DNA of 64,000 nt from Nanobdellota archaeon (GTDB lineage Archaea; Nanobdellota; Nanobdellia; Parvarchaeales; Parvarchaeaceae): NCBI GenBank assembly GCA_021799085.1, contig JAJZBD010000006.1, forward strand, positions 13,477 to 77,476, in the 5' to 3' direction. The translations under genes and the position numbers were made by a program. Shown piece by piece: positions 55,549 through 64,000 of this stretch. The first letter of the stretch is position 1; every line of letters starts with the position of its first letter. The notes under the pieces are model-generated. The model had not been told where the DNA came from. It made no database searches and saw only the letters and a program-made list of their open reading frames with translations.

Positions 55549-55619
55549 TGCGCCAACCGGGATTCGCACCCGGGTCGCTGGCTTGGGAAGCCAGAGTTAT
55601 GCTGCTAGACTATTGGCGC
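55549..55619 (-). tRNA. tRNA-Gly-like (anticodon CCC) with atypical D-arm and T-loop
   Basis: Folded by hand: acceptor GCGCCAA/UUGGCGC; anticodon stem CUGGC/GCCAG with loop UUCCCAA; T-arm CCGGG-UGCGAAU-CCCGG (G at position 55); D-loop lacks GG and the D-stem has only 2 clean pairs; discriminator A. Confidence 0.5.
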
Positions 55620-55897
55620 TTTTTGACATGCATATAGGTTATCTATTAAAATATTATACTTTCTCTGCTTTCAATGCAAGGATTCTTTTAAAAAGCCATG
55701 TAAAGCTTCTTTTTACCTGCATACCGGAGACTAGTATACTTGTCTGCAATGCTATAGACAAAACAACAAATGCTATTACAAGCACGTTTGCAAATCCATC
55801 GACTTTTTCTCTTAAATGCATATTAATCTATGATATACTGCAATTAAAAAGCTTAAAATCCTTAAACTTTTATATACATGTATAATAATTAATTAAT

Positions 55898-56416
55898 ATG
55901 GCACTTTTCAAGAAGAAAAAGGAAGAACCCGTGAACCCCTATTATCAGGAAAGCAACCTTAGGCCTGTTGCGCCTGAGAATCCTCCTCAAAATGCTAACC
56001 AGCAGAATGCGGTACAGCAGCCTGCTGTCCAAAATACTGCAGAACAGCAGGTGCAAGCCAATACGCAGCAGCAAAAGCAGAATTATTCCATTCCTCTTAT
56101 ACCTGTTCCAAGCGTAAAGATACCTGACATTAACCTGCAGCCTGTAAGATCCGCAGGGATAAGTGTATTAGATGCATTAAGGCTGGAATCAAACAGCAAA
56201 TCTATAGCATTCATAAAGATGAGCGATTTCAAAAAAGTCCTTGACGACATAAAGGAATTGGAAAAGAGGATAACGCAGTCACAAGTAGACTTGGAGAATT
56301 ACTCAAAGGCATTGGATACACAAAGAGAATACGTAAAGAATTACAACCTACTTATACAGGATATGAGAAAAATGATGGAAAGGATGTCAACATATCTTTC
56401 AAACGTAGAGGAGTAA
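55898..56416 (+). CDS. Hypothetical protein with Q/N/P-rich N-terminus and C-terminal coiled coil
   Basis: 172 aa; low-complexity NPPQNANQQNAVQQPAVQNTAEQQVQANTQQQKQN. Confidence 0.35.
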   Translation: MALFKKKKEEPVNPYYQESNLRPVAPENPPQNANQQNAVQQPAVQNTAEQQVQANTQQQKQNYSIPLIPVPSVKIPDINLQPVRSAGISVLDALRLESNSKSIAFIKMSDFKKVLDDIKELEKRITQSQVDLENYSKALDTQREYVKNYNLLIQDMRKMMERMSTYLSNVEE

Positions 56417-56417
56417 A

Positions 56418-56753
56418 TTGACAAAAGAAGAAATAGACATTGACCTTTTCAGGAAGCTTGACCTGAAAGTCGGAAAGATACTTGAAGCTGAAGACGTGGA
56501 AAAAAGCAGCAAGCTCATAAAACTAAGGGTTTCTTTGGGAGACAGAGAAAAAACCATACTTAGCGGCATAAGGAAAGAGTACAAAAGCAGCGATTTGATG
56601 GGTAAGAAGATAATAATAATTGATAACCTAAAGCCGGCAATGATCATGGGGCTGCAATCTCAGGGCATGCTTTTAGCTGCTTCAGATGAAGAAGGAAACC
56701 TTTCTCTTTTAACGGTTGACAAGGACATAAAGGAAGGCAGCTCTATCTCCTAG
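56418..56753 (+). CDS. tRNA-binding domain protein (Trbp111/CsaA/MetRS-C-terminal-like OB fold)
   Basis: 111 aa; FRKLDLKVGKILEAEDVEKSSKLIKLRVSLGD...IIIIDNLKPAMIMGLQSQGMLLAA pattern. Confidence 0.72.
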   Translation: MTKEEIDIDLFRKLDLKVGKILEAEDVEKSSKLIKLRVSLGDREKTILSGIRKEYKSSDLMGKKIIIIDNLKPAMIMGLQSQGMLLAASDEEGNLSLLTVDKDIKEGSSIS

Positions 56754-58516
56754 GCAAAGCCCTTTTCCCTTATCACAGATATGGGATCGCTGTCCACAGC
56801 AATAGTATCGTTCGGCAGGTATTTCTTGAATATTGGCGTGTCATACCTTGAATCCATGAGCACTATTGCGCACTTATCATTCTTTGACCTTATTCCTCTC
56901 CCGGCGGCCTGCATTACCTTTATCATTGTTGGAAGGACCTGCGCATACTCAAACCCGTTGCCCATTTTTTTGTCATAGTAGATCTGCATTGCCCTTAGCT
57001 TTATAGAAGGCGGCTCGAAAGGCACACCAACTATGCCTATCAGCTTTATCATGTTGTTCTTTATCCCTATGCTTTCCGAGAAATTTCCGTTCATCACTGC
57101 AAAAAGAACTGAGCTTGAAAGGGAAAGCTTTTCCATTATCTCGTTTTTCCTTTCCCTTTCCATCTTCTGCTCTTCCTTTATTACCCTTCCTTTTTCATTG
57201 ATCAAGGGATATATCCTTTCCATAAAGGAATAGGACGGAAAGAAGAATATCATGTTGTACTTTGCCTTCTCCATTATATCATTTATTGAATCTGCTATCC
57301 TGGAGTATTGCTCTTCCCTTGACGAAAATCTAGAGGTTACCTCTCTGTCTATTACCATTAGCCTGTTATCGCTTACGGCATCGCCCTTTACTTCCAAGCT
57401 TTCATGCCCCTCCAGACCAAGAAGGTTTGAAAACATCTCTATCGGCCTGAAAGTGCCGCTCATTAATATAGTAGAATAAAACGAATCTATAACCCCTTGG
57501 GAATAAATGGCCGGGTCCAATGAATTTACGTTTATCCTCCTGCCCTTTTCATCTATTGAAACGTATATTATGTCTTCTTCCTTGGCAGAGAGAAGCTTTT
57601 CCGTAAAGTTCTTCAGTATAAACGCCGCAGGTATGTTGTACCCTTTCTCATGGAATTTAACTATATCTTCCATTTTATCCAGGTCTGCTTCACTGAATAT
57701 GTCCCTTATATCTACTGCACTTTCATTTGTTGCTTTTCTTATCTCTGCTATTATCCTGTCTACCTTTACGGCAATGTCATTGTAGCCAGCAATGTTAGCT
57801 TCAGAATAAGCTTTTTCGAGGTTTCTCTGGGATATTGAAAAAGAGTTCATATCCAGAATTTTGGCAGGCAAGTTGTGCGCTTCATCAACTACAAGAACTG
57901 TACTTGCAGGATCTATGCCTGTCCTTATGGTAAAACCAAGCGCTATGCTTGGATCAAATGCATGCGAATAGTTTGCAACGACAACCGTTGATTGTTTTGC
58001 ATTAAGAAGGGAAAGCTCATATGGGCAAAGCTCAAATTCCTTTGCGGTCTCCATCACGCTTTTTGGGTCTGAGATATTTCCGGACAAAGCCTCTATTGCA
58101 GCAGGCTTGACATCCTTGCTTTTTGTAAACGTGTTGCTGTAAAAATCGCACATGTTCTGCTCCCTTACGGCCCTGCAGAACTCTATGAACAAAGACGGCT
58201 CAACGCTATTCTCAAAAAGGCACATCGACCTTTTTCCGTTTATGCCTGCAAAGCTTATCTTTTCGGATGAAGAATCGTTTATCCTCTTCATTGTGTCATA
58301 TACAATGTTTTGGTGCGTATGCTTTGCTGTCAAGAATAAAACCTTTAGGTTGTTTTCCTTTGCCGCCTTTACTGCTGCGTATAGAACGGCTGCCGTCTTT
58401 CCCATGCCTGTTGAAGCCTGTATTATAAGCTTTCCCCTTTCCCTTACCGTTTTTTCAACTGCATCGGCTATGTCTCTCTGCCCGCTTCTCATTGACTTGA
58501 AAGGAAATGAAATCAT
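56750..58516 (-). CDS. XPD/Rad3-related SF2 DNA helicase (DinG family) with FeS-domain cysteines
   Basis: 588 aa; Walker A ASTGMGKTAAVL; DEAH box VVDEAHNL; four Cys between the motifs (MCLF, EFCRAV, NMCDFY, ELCPYE); C-terminal motif VI QAAGRGIRS. Confidence 0.75.
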   Translation of the reverse strand: MISFPFKSMRSGQRDIADAVEKTVRERGKLIIQASTGMGKTAAVLYAAVKAAKENNLKVLFLTAKHTHQNIVYDTMKRINDSSSEKISFAGINGKRSMCLFENSVEPSLFIEFCRAVREQNMCDFYSNTFTKSKDVKPAAIEALSGNISDPKSVMETAKEFELCPYELSLLNAKQSTVVVANYSHAFDPSIALGFTIRTGIDPASTVLVVDEAHNLPAKILDMNSFSISQRNLEKAYSEANIAGYNDIAVKVDRIIAEIRKATNESAVDIRDIFSEADLDKMEDIVKFHEKGYNIPAAFILKNFTEKLLSAKEEDIIYVSIDEKGRRINVNSLDPAIYSQGVIDSFYSTILMSGTFRPIEMFSNLLGLEGHESLEVKGDAVSDNRLMVIDREVTSRFSSREEQYSRIADSINDIMEKAKYNMIFFFPSYSFMERIYPLINEKGRVIKEEQKMERERKNEIMEKLSLSSSVLFAVMNGNFSESIGIKNNMIKLIGIVGVPFEPPSIKLRAMQIYYDKKMGNGFEYAQVLPTMIKVMQAAGRGIRSKNDKCAIVLMDSRYDTPIFKKYLPNDTIAVDSDPISVIREKGFA

Positions 58517-58571
58517 ATTCTTTACTCTAATTCGCTACTAAAATACGTTCACATTTCATAAAACATTCTTC

Positions 58572-59450
58572 TCAGATTGTTTTATTTGGAAGGCCGTTTT
58601 CTGTTATGCCAGAATTGAAGTTGCTAATCTTAGACAGTGACTCATTGTAGCTTATAAAAGATGTTGAGTTTAACATTGTGCCGTTGAGCTTCATTGAAAT
58701 TGAAATGCCTGCTGCCAGGCTGTTTAGAACGGTTATGTTGTATTTTTTGTAAACGCAGCTTGTCAGCAAGCCGCTCAATTCTTCTTTACCAACCTTGCCT
58801 GCTATCAACGGGCTGTTGCTGCTGTTTATGCCTACTGAGAAAGAGGAAAGGGTGAAAAGGCATGGATAACCCTTGTAGGTAGTGTTGTATGCCTCCAAAA
58901 GGGAAACGCTGCTCATGTTTAGTGAATTTAACAGGGCGTTGCTTATGTTTTCCATGCTTTCATTTAATGAAATGCATGAAACTCTTCCTGCCGTTGCAGA
59001 TGAACCTGAACACAGGTAAGTGTCATTTCCAAGGGCGAAAACATACGAAAGCGAAGTCAAATTGTAGTTTATTCCTGCTGAAACTGGTATAAAGGTAGTG
59101 AAGTTTGAAAATGCCTCGGAATTTCCGTTCAAACCATGAATCAATTGTATTTGACCCTTTGCATTCTCAGTGCTGTTTGACCCGCTGCCGTTTGACAGTG
59201 AAGTAGATGTTGAAAGGCTGTAATTTACGCTGTAAAGCAATTCTTTGCCGTTCGGTATTGTATTTTGGTAGGTCTGCAATCCGAGTATGTCATTGTAAAC
59301 TGCGCTTTTCAATGACGAGTTTGCAACGCTGTATGCCTGTAAAGGTATTCTTGTATTTGCGGTACTGCTTTTTCCTATGCCGAAAAGCAGAATTATTACT
59401 GCAAAAACAATAAAAGCGGCTGCTATCCCAAAAAGGTAGTACTTTTCCAT
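58572..59450 (-). CDS. Membrane-anchored S/N-rich surface protein (probable glycoprotein)
   Basis: 292 aa; N-terminal signal-anchor; many N-x-S/T sequons. Confidence 0.4.
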   Translation of the reverse strand: MEKYYLFGIAAAFIVFAVIILLFGIGKSSTANTRIPLQAYSVANSSLKSAVYNDILGLQTYQNTIPNGKELLYSVNYSLSTSTSLSNGSGSNSTENAKGQIQLIHGLNGNSEAFSNFTTFIPVSAGINYNLTSLSYVFALGNDTYLCSGSSATAGRVSCISLNESMENISNALLNSLNMSSVSLLEAYNTTYKGYPCLFTLSSFSVGINSSNSPLIAGKVGKEELSGLLTSCVYKKYNITVLNSLAAGISISMKLNGTMLNSTSFISYNESLSKISNFNSGITENGLPNKTI

Positions 59451-59452
59451 CT

Positions 59453-60811
59453 TTATTCGTTCCCGGCCTTTTTGCTTATTGATTTAGGAGTTTCTCCACC
59501 GTGCCATGTAAGCCTTGGCCTTATCTGCACAGGATATATCCTCTCTGAATTGTCATCAAGTATTATGCATGCTCCCGGCAATCTTGGCAGGTCCATAAGG
59601 TATTTACGTATGTCTGAACCCATGTATGTTTGCATTACTGTGTTCAATGCATCTATGTCTAATTTTGCCGTCACATGCTGCGATATTATTATATCAGACT
59701 GTGTTATTATGTCTGTGTCTAATTTTCCAGGCTGCTGGGTTGCTATCACTAATCCTATTCCCGGCTGCCTTCCCTCTTTTATTACCCTTGATAAAGAAGC
59801 GGTTGCTGCGGTTTTGCTGTTTGCTGGCAGGAACTCGTGAACCTCATCTATGAACATCCAAACTATCGGTATCGTCCTTTTTTTCTCTTCTTCCGTTATC
59901 TCCGTTGAATTTATTTCATTCAATTCCTCTACCCTTCTCTGCGTTGTCCTTATTTCCAATATCTTCTGAGATAGTAACCCTATAACCAAAGCTCTCAAGC
60001 TAAACTCACCCAACGAATGGGCATAAAGGCTTATGTCCAGTATGTTTATGTGCCCTGGAACAAGCAAATCCTCTATTTTTGTTCCTTCTCTTTCAAACAA
60101 ACCCCACCTCAAAGCCGATTCAAACCTTTCCTTTACCGCTTCCTTTATCGTATCAGAGGTTGCTACCTGTGAGTTTATGTTTTCTATTATGTCCTTTAAG
60201 TCGTAGGCTTTATTTTCCTCTTGCAAAGCCTCTAACACCTGGTTTATAAGTATGCCGTACTCATCGTTTATTGAAAAGCCGAAGATGTCGCACCAGTCGC
60301 TTGTCGAAAGCTCGTTTGCAGAGATTGAAAACGGGTAATCGGCCATCTCCACGTTTTCCTCCTTTACCCTGTCGAACGCGCCTTTGGGAACGAATACGTT
60401 TATGTTTTTGAATGCTGTTGGCTGGTAGCCCCATTGTTTTAATATGTCTGCTTCCTTGTAATTCGGGTTCTTCATCGTCCAGTATATCCCCATTGTATCG
60501 ATTATCAATGAGGTAATGCTGTTTGCGGTTTCCTCCTCTAAAGAAGCTAAACCTTCCGCTATCACCCCCATCGTATAGCTTTTTCCGGAGCCTCTTTTTC
60601 CGGCTATTAAAACTACATGCGGTCTTAATGCATCGAGCATGATGTTGTTTCCCAAGCTAACTACATTGCCCATCGTTATGTACTGCTTTCCTATCAGAGT
60701 AGTCGCTAGATCCCCGTAATCCTTGTGGTCTTTCTCGTTTCTCCCTATAACTACGCTGTAAGGCATAGTATATGATAAGAATGTGTGAATTAAATCATTT
60801 GCTGCCTTCAA
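59453..60811 (-). CDS. HerA/FtsK-like P-loop ATPase (DUF87 family)
   Basis: 452 aa; Walker A AGKRGSGKSYT; Walker B VWMFIDEVHEF; C-terminal ATQQPGKLD block typical of DUF87/HerA-VirB4-like ATPases; no TM segment. Confidence 0.62.
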   Translation of the reverse strand: MKAANDLIHTFLSYTMPYSVVIGRNEKDHKDYGDLATTLIGKQYITMGNVVSLGNNIMLDALRPHVVLIAGKRGSGKSYTMGVIAEGLASLEEETANSITSLIIDTMGIYWTMKNPNYKEADILKQWGYQPTAFKNINVFVPKGAFDRVKEENVEMADYPFSISANELSTSDWCDIFGFSINDEYGILINQVLEALQEENKAYDLKDIIENINSQVATSDTIKEAVKERFESALRWGLFEREGTKIEDLLVPGHINILDISLYAHSLGEFSLRALVIGLLSQKILEIRTTQRRVEELNEINSTEITEEEKKRTIPIVWMFIDEVHEFLPANSKTAATASLSRVIKEGRQPGIGLVIATQQPGKLDTDIITQSDIIISQHVTAKLDIDALNTVMQTYMGSDIRKYLMDLPRLPGACIILDDNSERIYPVQIRPRLTWHGGETPKSISKKAGNE

Positions 60812-60860
60812 TTTGCGATAAAATCAAAGGTATAACTACCCTAGTTTGCAATAAATCAAA

Positions 60861-61247
60861 CTATGTTTTGCCCTGCTTTTCCAGCCATTCCTTCTCATCT
60901 ATTTTTATTGATTTGCCCTTTACCTGCTCTTTGTCATATCTCTTCTCCAACTGCTTAATCTTTGACAAGAAAGCCTCGTCCAAATCAAAATTCAAGTGAT
61001 CGGACAAGGCTAAACAGCCGAAGAAAACGTCTGCTGTCTCGTTCTTTATCTTTTGCAGGAATTCGCTGTCTTCCCTTGCCTTCTCATCGAGCTCTTTTCC
61101 GTCCTTCCACAGGAAAAGCTCCAACAGCTCATTCGCTTCCACTGAAATGTCTTCTGCTAAGTCTTTTGAGGTCTGAAACTGTCTCCAATCCCTTTCGTCT
61201 ATGAAATTCTTTGCAACTTCAGCAAGCTCCTTTACGCTTTTTTCCAT
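60861..61247 (-). CDS. mazG: MazG-like nucleoside triphosphate pyrophosphohydrolase
   Basis: 128 aa; EANELLELFLWK (EExxE metal motif) and all-alpha MazG fold pattern. Confidence 0.78.
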   Translation of the reverse strand: MEKSVKELAEVAKNFIDERDWRQFQTSKDLAEDISVEANELLELFLWKDGKELDEKAREDSEFLQKIKNETADVFFGCLALSDHLNFDLDEAFLSKIKQLEKRYDKEQVKGKSIKIDEKEWLEKQGKT

Positions 61248-61296
61248 AGTATAAGTAAAAAATACGGTAATTAATCTTTTCGTCTGCTTATTACAA

Positions 61297-62106
61297 CTAA
61301 GAAAACATGTATGAGACTATGCTTTTTGCCTGGCTGTAACCTATTTCTTTGTTCAAGGATGAAACTACAACTAAAGATTTGCCGTTCAACAAATAAAGCT
61401 CAGTAACATTTTCCAGTGACGAATTCGTTGAATTCAGCTGTCCGTTTATGTAAATCATGCTTGAACTGCCTATAGTAGAGGTATTAAACTTCAGTCTTGA
61501 ATCATTTGCGTACTCTGAAGCTATGCCTGTCTCCGCTGAAGTGAAAATTGTGCTAGCTTCAGAAGAAGAATTAATGTAATACGCTGTTGATATGAGCGTA
61601 GTTATGTTATTTTTGGATTTATTTGTTGAGATCTGTGCAATTTCAGAAGAGGGTATAAATTCCTGAAATGACGCTGCTACAGTTCCCGCGGGAAACTGCC
61701 CAGTTCCTGCATAAGCCTTTACTTCAGTTGAATTTGCCGTTTGATTGTATATTAAGGACCAATTTCCCCCCATTATAGAATTTAGGGCCGGACTTGAAAG
61801 GTAAGTTATTGGAGTATAACCTACAGAGCTTACAGTTGTTATTCCTGAGGGATGAATAAGAAAGACTGCAATTGCAATTACGGCTACTATTACTATGGCC
61901 GCAGGTACAATGATTTTTATAGGGATTTTAACCGGGTTTTTGCCTTGTGACTTCTTTTCCGCTGCATCGCTGTCGCTTGCATTTGAATCTGCAGTGTTTT
62001 TTGATTTGCTTTCTTCAGCTTTCTTCCCCTTCTCCAAATCTTGATTTGCTTTTTTGTCTTCTTCTTTTTTTAAATCAAGATTCTGCTTGTTTTTATCAGA
62101 ATCCAT
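61297..62106 (-). CDS. Single-pass membrane protein with K/E-rich cytoplasmic N-terminus and S/T/N-rich extracellular domain
   Basis: 269 aa; TM IVPAAIVIVAVIAIAVFLI; sequons. Confidence 0.4.
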   Translation of the reverse strand: MDSDKNKQNLDLKKEEDKKANQDLEKGKKAEESKSKNTADSNASDSDAAEKKSQGKNPVKIPIKIIVPAAIVIVAVIAIAVFLIHPSGITTVSSVGYTPITYLSSPALNSIMGGNWSLIYNQTANSTEVKAYAGTGQFPAGTVAASFQEFIPSSEIAQISTNKSKNNITTLISTAYYINSSSEASTIFTSAETGIASEYANDSRLKFNTSTIGSSSMIYINGQLNSTNSSLENVTELYLLNGKSLVVVSSLNKEIGYSQAKSIVSYMFS

Positions 62107-62149
62107 GCAATACCTAAATTATTGTGGTATTTAAAAGTTTCCCCAATGC

Positions 62150-62515
62150 TTATTTCAGTAGTTCTTCCATCTTGCTTTCCAGTTTTCCAGAAATCCCCTT
62201 TACCTTCTTCAAAGAAGAAAAAGGCTCATCCCTAACAACTAAAGAATTGTAATTCTCGTTCTTGTTTAAGGTAATGGAGAACTGTGCTACATAAAGATGT
62301 AGCAGCTTTGAGAACTGTCTAAAGAATAAGAGGTTAACGCACTCTCCTCTTCTTATATAAGGGTTGCCGCACATGCTACCTGATGGGTAGGATTTCTCAA
62401 TGTATAGATTAAGGTCTGCTGCCGCTTTTTCCAGGTAATCTATCAGATTTGATCCATTTTCCTGTCTTTTTAGGTTTATTTTTACTTGATAGGCGTTTTT
62501 ATCTTCGTATGCCAT
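62150..62515 (-). CDS. Hypothetical protein (121 aa)
   Basis: ORF only; no motif recognised. Confidence 0.3.
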   Translation of the reverse strand: MAYEDKNAYQVKINLKRQENGSNLIDYLEKAAADLNLYIEKSYPSGSMCGNPYIRRGECVNLLFFRQFSKLLHLYVAQFSITLNKNENYNSLVVRDEPFSSLKKVKGISGKLESKMEELLK

Positions 62516-62638
62516 TTCAGTACAATGAATAGATTCATTATTTAAATCTTTTGACTAATGCGGAATAAATTATTAAATTGTTTCAATTTACGCACGCTGC
62601 TATAAAGGACTTGTCGGTTCTAAACAGGCAATGAAAAA

Positions 62639-62721
62639 CGCTGGGTGCAGGATTCGAACCTACGCATCCTTTCGGAAACCGGTTCTCGAGACCGGCGCTT
62701 TAACCGCTCAGCCAACCCAGC
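62639..62721 (-). tRNA. tRNA-Ser (anticodon CGA), class II
   Basis: Folded by hand: acceptor GCUGGGU/ACCCAGC; 3-bp D-stem; anticodon stem CCGGU/ACCGG with loop CUCGAGA; long variable arm; T-arm GUAGG-UUCGAAU-CCUGC; discriminator G; no CCA. Confidence 0.8.
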
Positions 62722-62789
62722 TTTTCATTTTTTTATATGGATTTTACATGTATTATTACTTTAAATTTTACTTTTGCTATTAAAATAGC

Positions 62790-63806
62790 ATGGAAGTAAC
62801 GCTTGTAGCTGAAAGTTTGGATCCTAGCAGAGGTAGCGCTTCTAGGTATGGTTATGAGCTAAGCAAGGTAAAGGAGATAAAAAATGTAGTAGACTTTTCA
62901 AGATCCTTAAAAACCGGGGGATTTTTAGATGAATGTCTAAACAAAGGCTACAGGAGGAAAAAAATTATTGAAAGAAACTCAGGTAACCTAGGAAAGTTGC
63001 TTCATTTTACACAGCCAGAATCTTTTATTCAAACAAGAGAGCTGGATAAAAAGAAAATTATGGTTACGGTGCATGACCTGGCCCCATTCAAGACAAAAGA
63101 TTTTTTAAATCAGAATTCTGTCAAAGAACGCGCTTCAGACAAAAAAAAGTTTATAGCTGCGATAAGAAGGGCCGATAGGATAATATCTGATAGCACGCAA
63201 ACAAGGGATGAAATAGTGGATTTGGTAGGGATAACACCTGAAAAAATAGCTATAAACCCTCTTGGAATATCGGATAAGTTTAAGAAAATTGACACTAAGA
63301 AAGCGGGGATTATAGGATATTTTGGAAGCATTAGCAACAGAAAAAGGGTAGACAAATTAATAGAGGATTTCATTGCCTCGGGCATAAGCGCAAAGTTTAA
63401 ACTTGTGGTGTATGGGGACGGATCAAAAAACAACCTATCGCTTAAAAATAAATACGAAAAATTCGGGAGTGTTATATTCAAAGAAAGCATTAAAGAGGAA
63501 GAGCTGGTAAAAATCATAAATTCCTTCGATTATTTCTTTTACCCAACTCTTTATGAAGGATTCGGTCTGTCTTTAGCGGAATGTATAGCGTGCGGCGTAC
63601 CTTCCTTCATATACAAAGACGCAATAATTCCGCAGGAAGTTAGAAAATACGCATTAGAAGTTGAAAGGATAGATGACATAGAAAAATACGACAGAACGGA
63701 GATTGAAAAGGACTTTGCAGACAGATCAAATAAAATAAAGAAAGAGTTTACCTGGGAAAACAACATAGGTAACCTTCTGACAGAATATAAAAACTTGCTT
63801 GGTTGA
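62790..63806 (+). CDS. Family-4 (GT-B) glycosyltransferase
   Basis: 338 aa; C-terminal EGFGLSLAECIACGVP (E-x7-E GT4 motif). Confidence 0.8.
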   Translation: MEVTLVAESLDPSRGSASRYGYELSKVKEIKNVVDFSRSLKTGGFLDECLNKGYRRKKIIERNSGNLGKLLHFTQPESFIQTRELDKKKIMVTVHDLAPFKTKDFLNQNSVKERASDKKKFIAAIRRADRIISDSTQTRDEIVDLVGITPEKIAINPLGISDKFKKIDTKKAGIIGYFGSISNRKRVDKLIEDFIASGISAKFKLVVYGDGSKNNLSLKNKYEKFGSVIFKESIKEEELVKIINSFDYFFYPTLYEGFGLSLAECIACGVPSFIYKDAIIPQEVRKYALEVERIDDIEKYDRTEIEKDFADRSNKIKKEFTWENNIGNLLTEYKNLLG

Positions 63807-63807
63807 T

Positions 63808-64000
63808 ATGCAAAAAACAATATGCATAACAGATACACAGCTGTATTCAATTAACGGCGGGGGCCAAGTCGTTGTAAGATCGCTAATAAGCGGGCTGCAG
63901 AAAAACTATAATATAATATACATTGGCGACAGCGATGAATTTCTGAATTACGGCAATGTAAAAACCATAAAGCCATTTAAAAGCTTTGTTTATAAGCTCG
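63808..64000 (+). CDS. Partial CDS (N-terminus) of a second GT-B-type glycosyltransferase
   Basis: Own translation from ATG 63808: MQKTICITDTQLYSINGGGQVVVRSLISGLQKNYNIIYIGDSDEF...; runs off the window end. Confidence 0.4.
   Translation, partial: MQKTICITDTQLYSINGGGQVVVRSLISGLQKNYNIIYIGDSDEFLNYGNVKTIKPFKSFVYKL

Noticed and set aside
55583-55885. 100-aa ORF starting inside the tRNA-Gly-like gene
   Set aside because: Overlaps the tRNA and runs through an AT-rich intergenic region with no coding signal.
62150-62515. Considered 6-pyruvoyl-tetrahydropterin synthase (QueD/PTPS) or pterin-4a-carbinolamine dehydratase for the 121-aa ORF, given folE nearby
   Set aside because: No CxxxHGH zinc motif and no [EDKH]x3H[HN]P PCD motif; left as hypothetical.
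1-64000. CRISPR arrays, rRNA genes, transposases/integrases, IS elements
   Set aside because: No regularly spaced 24-40-bp direct repeats, no rRNA-like conserved segments, and no ORF with DDE/tyrosine-recombinase or RuvC-like transposase motifs were found; the putative islands therefore lack an identifiable recombinase.

Overview
This window is a low-GC archaeal chromosomal segment. Eukaryote-like information-processing genes (FEN-1, family-B DNA polymerase, aEF-2, 20S proteasome beta subunit, aCPSF1, GlyRS, Kae1/Bud32, Spt4, RpoE', r-proteins S24e/S27ae/uS15/S3Ae, TruD, XPD-like helicase) identify it as archaeal; a DPANN or Thermoplasmata-like organism is an inference only. The first ~32 kb is mostly core genome. 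It includes a 9-gene rpoE'-spt4-rps24e-rps27ae-kae1-X-bud32-rps15-rps3ae operon, in which X is an unusual Drg/TGS-like protein that has lost its GTPase core. After ~33 kb the content becomes accessory. A 1.2 kb wHTH-MNT/HEPN toxin-antitoxin mini-island lies between an intact tRNA-Leu(CAG) and a degenerate direct repeat of that tRNA's 3' half. A cell-surface glycosylation cluster follows (Dpm1-like GT2, GT-C membrane protein, processive GT2, and a 909-aa sequon-rich S-layer-like protein). A second island (~49.5-55.6 kb) carries an AbiEi/AbiEii pair, a bacterial-type FolE plus RibD_C reductase, a second wHTH-MNT/HEPN copy with a frameshifted HEPN, and an AAA/DUF4143 ATPase; it ends at an atypical tRNA-Gly(CCC). 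Further on, a HerA-like DUF87 ATPase sits with MazG and S/N-rich membrane-anchored proteins. Five tRNA-related loci were found (Ala-GGC, Leu-CAG, a Leu 3' fragment, Gly-CCC-like, Ser-CGA); none encodes CCA. No rRNA, CRISPR array, transposase or integrase was seen. Other oddities are a membrane-anchored 781-aa charged coiled-coil repeat protein, a secreted ATPase-less Lon-like S16 peptidase, an RHH-nucleotidyltransferase fusion, a TFS-like protein with only the C-terminal zinc ribbon, and three tandem paralogous membrane proteins next to an E1-like enzyme.
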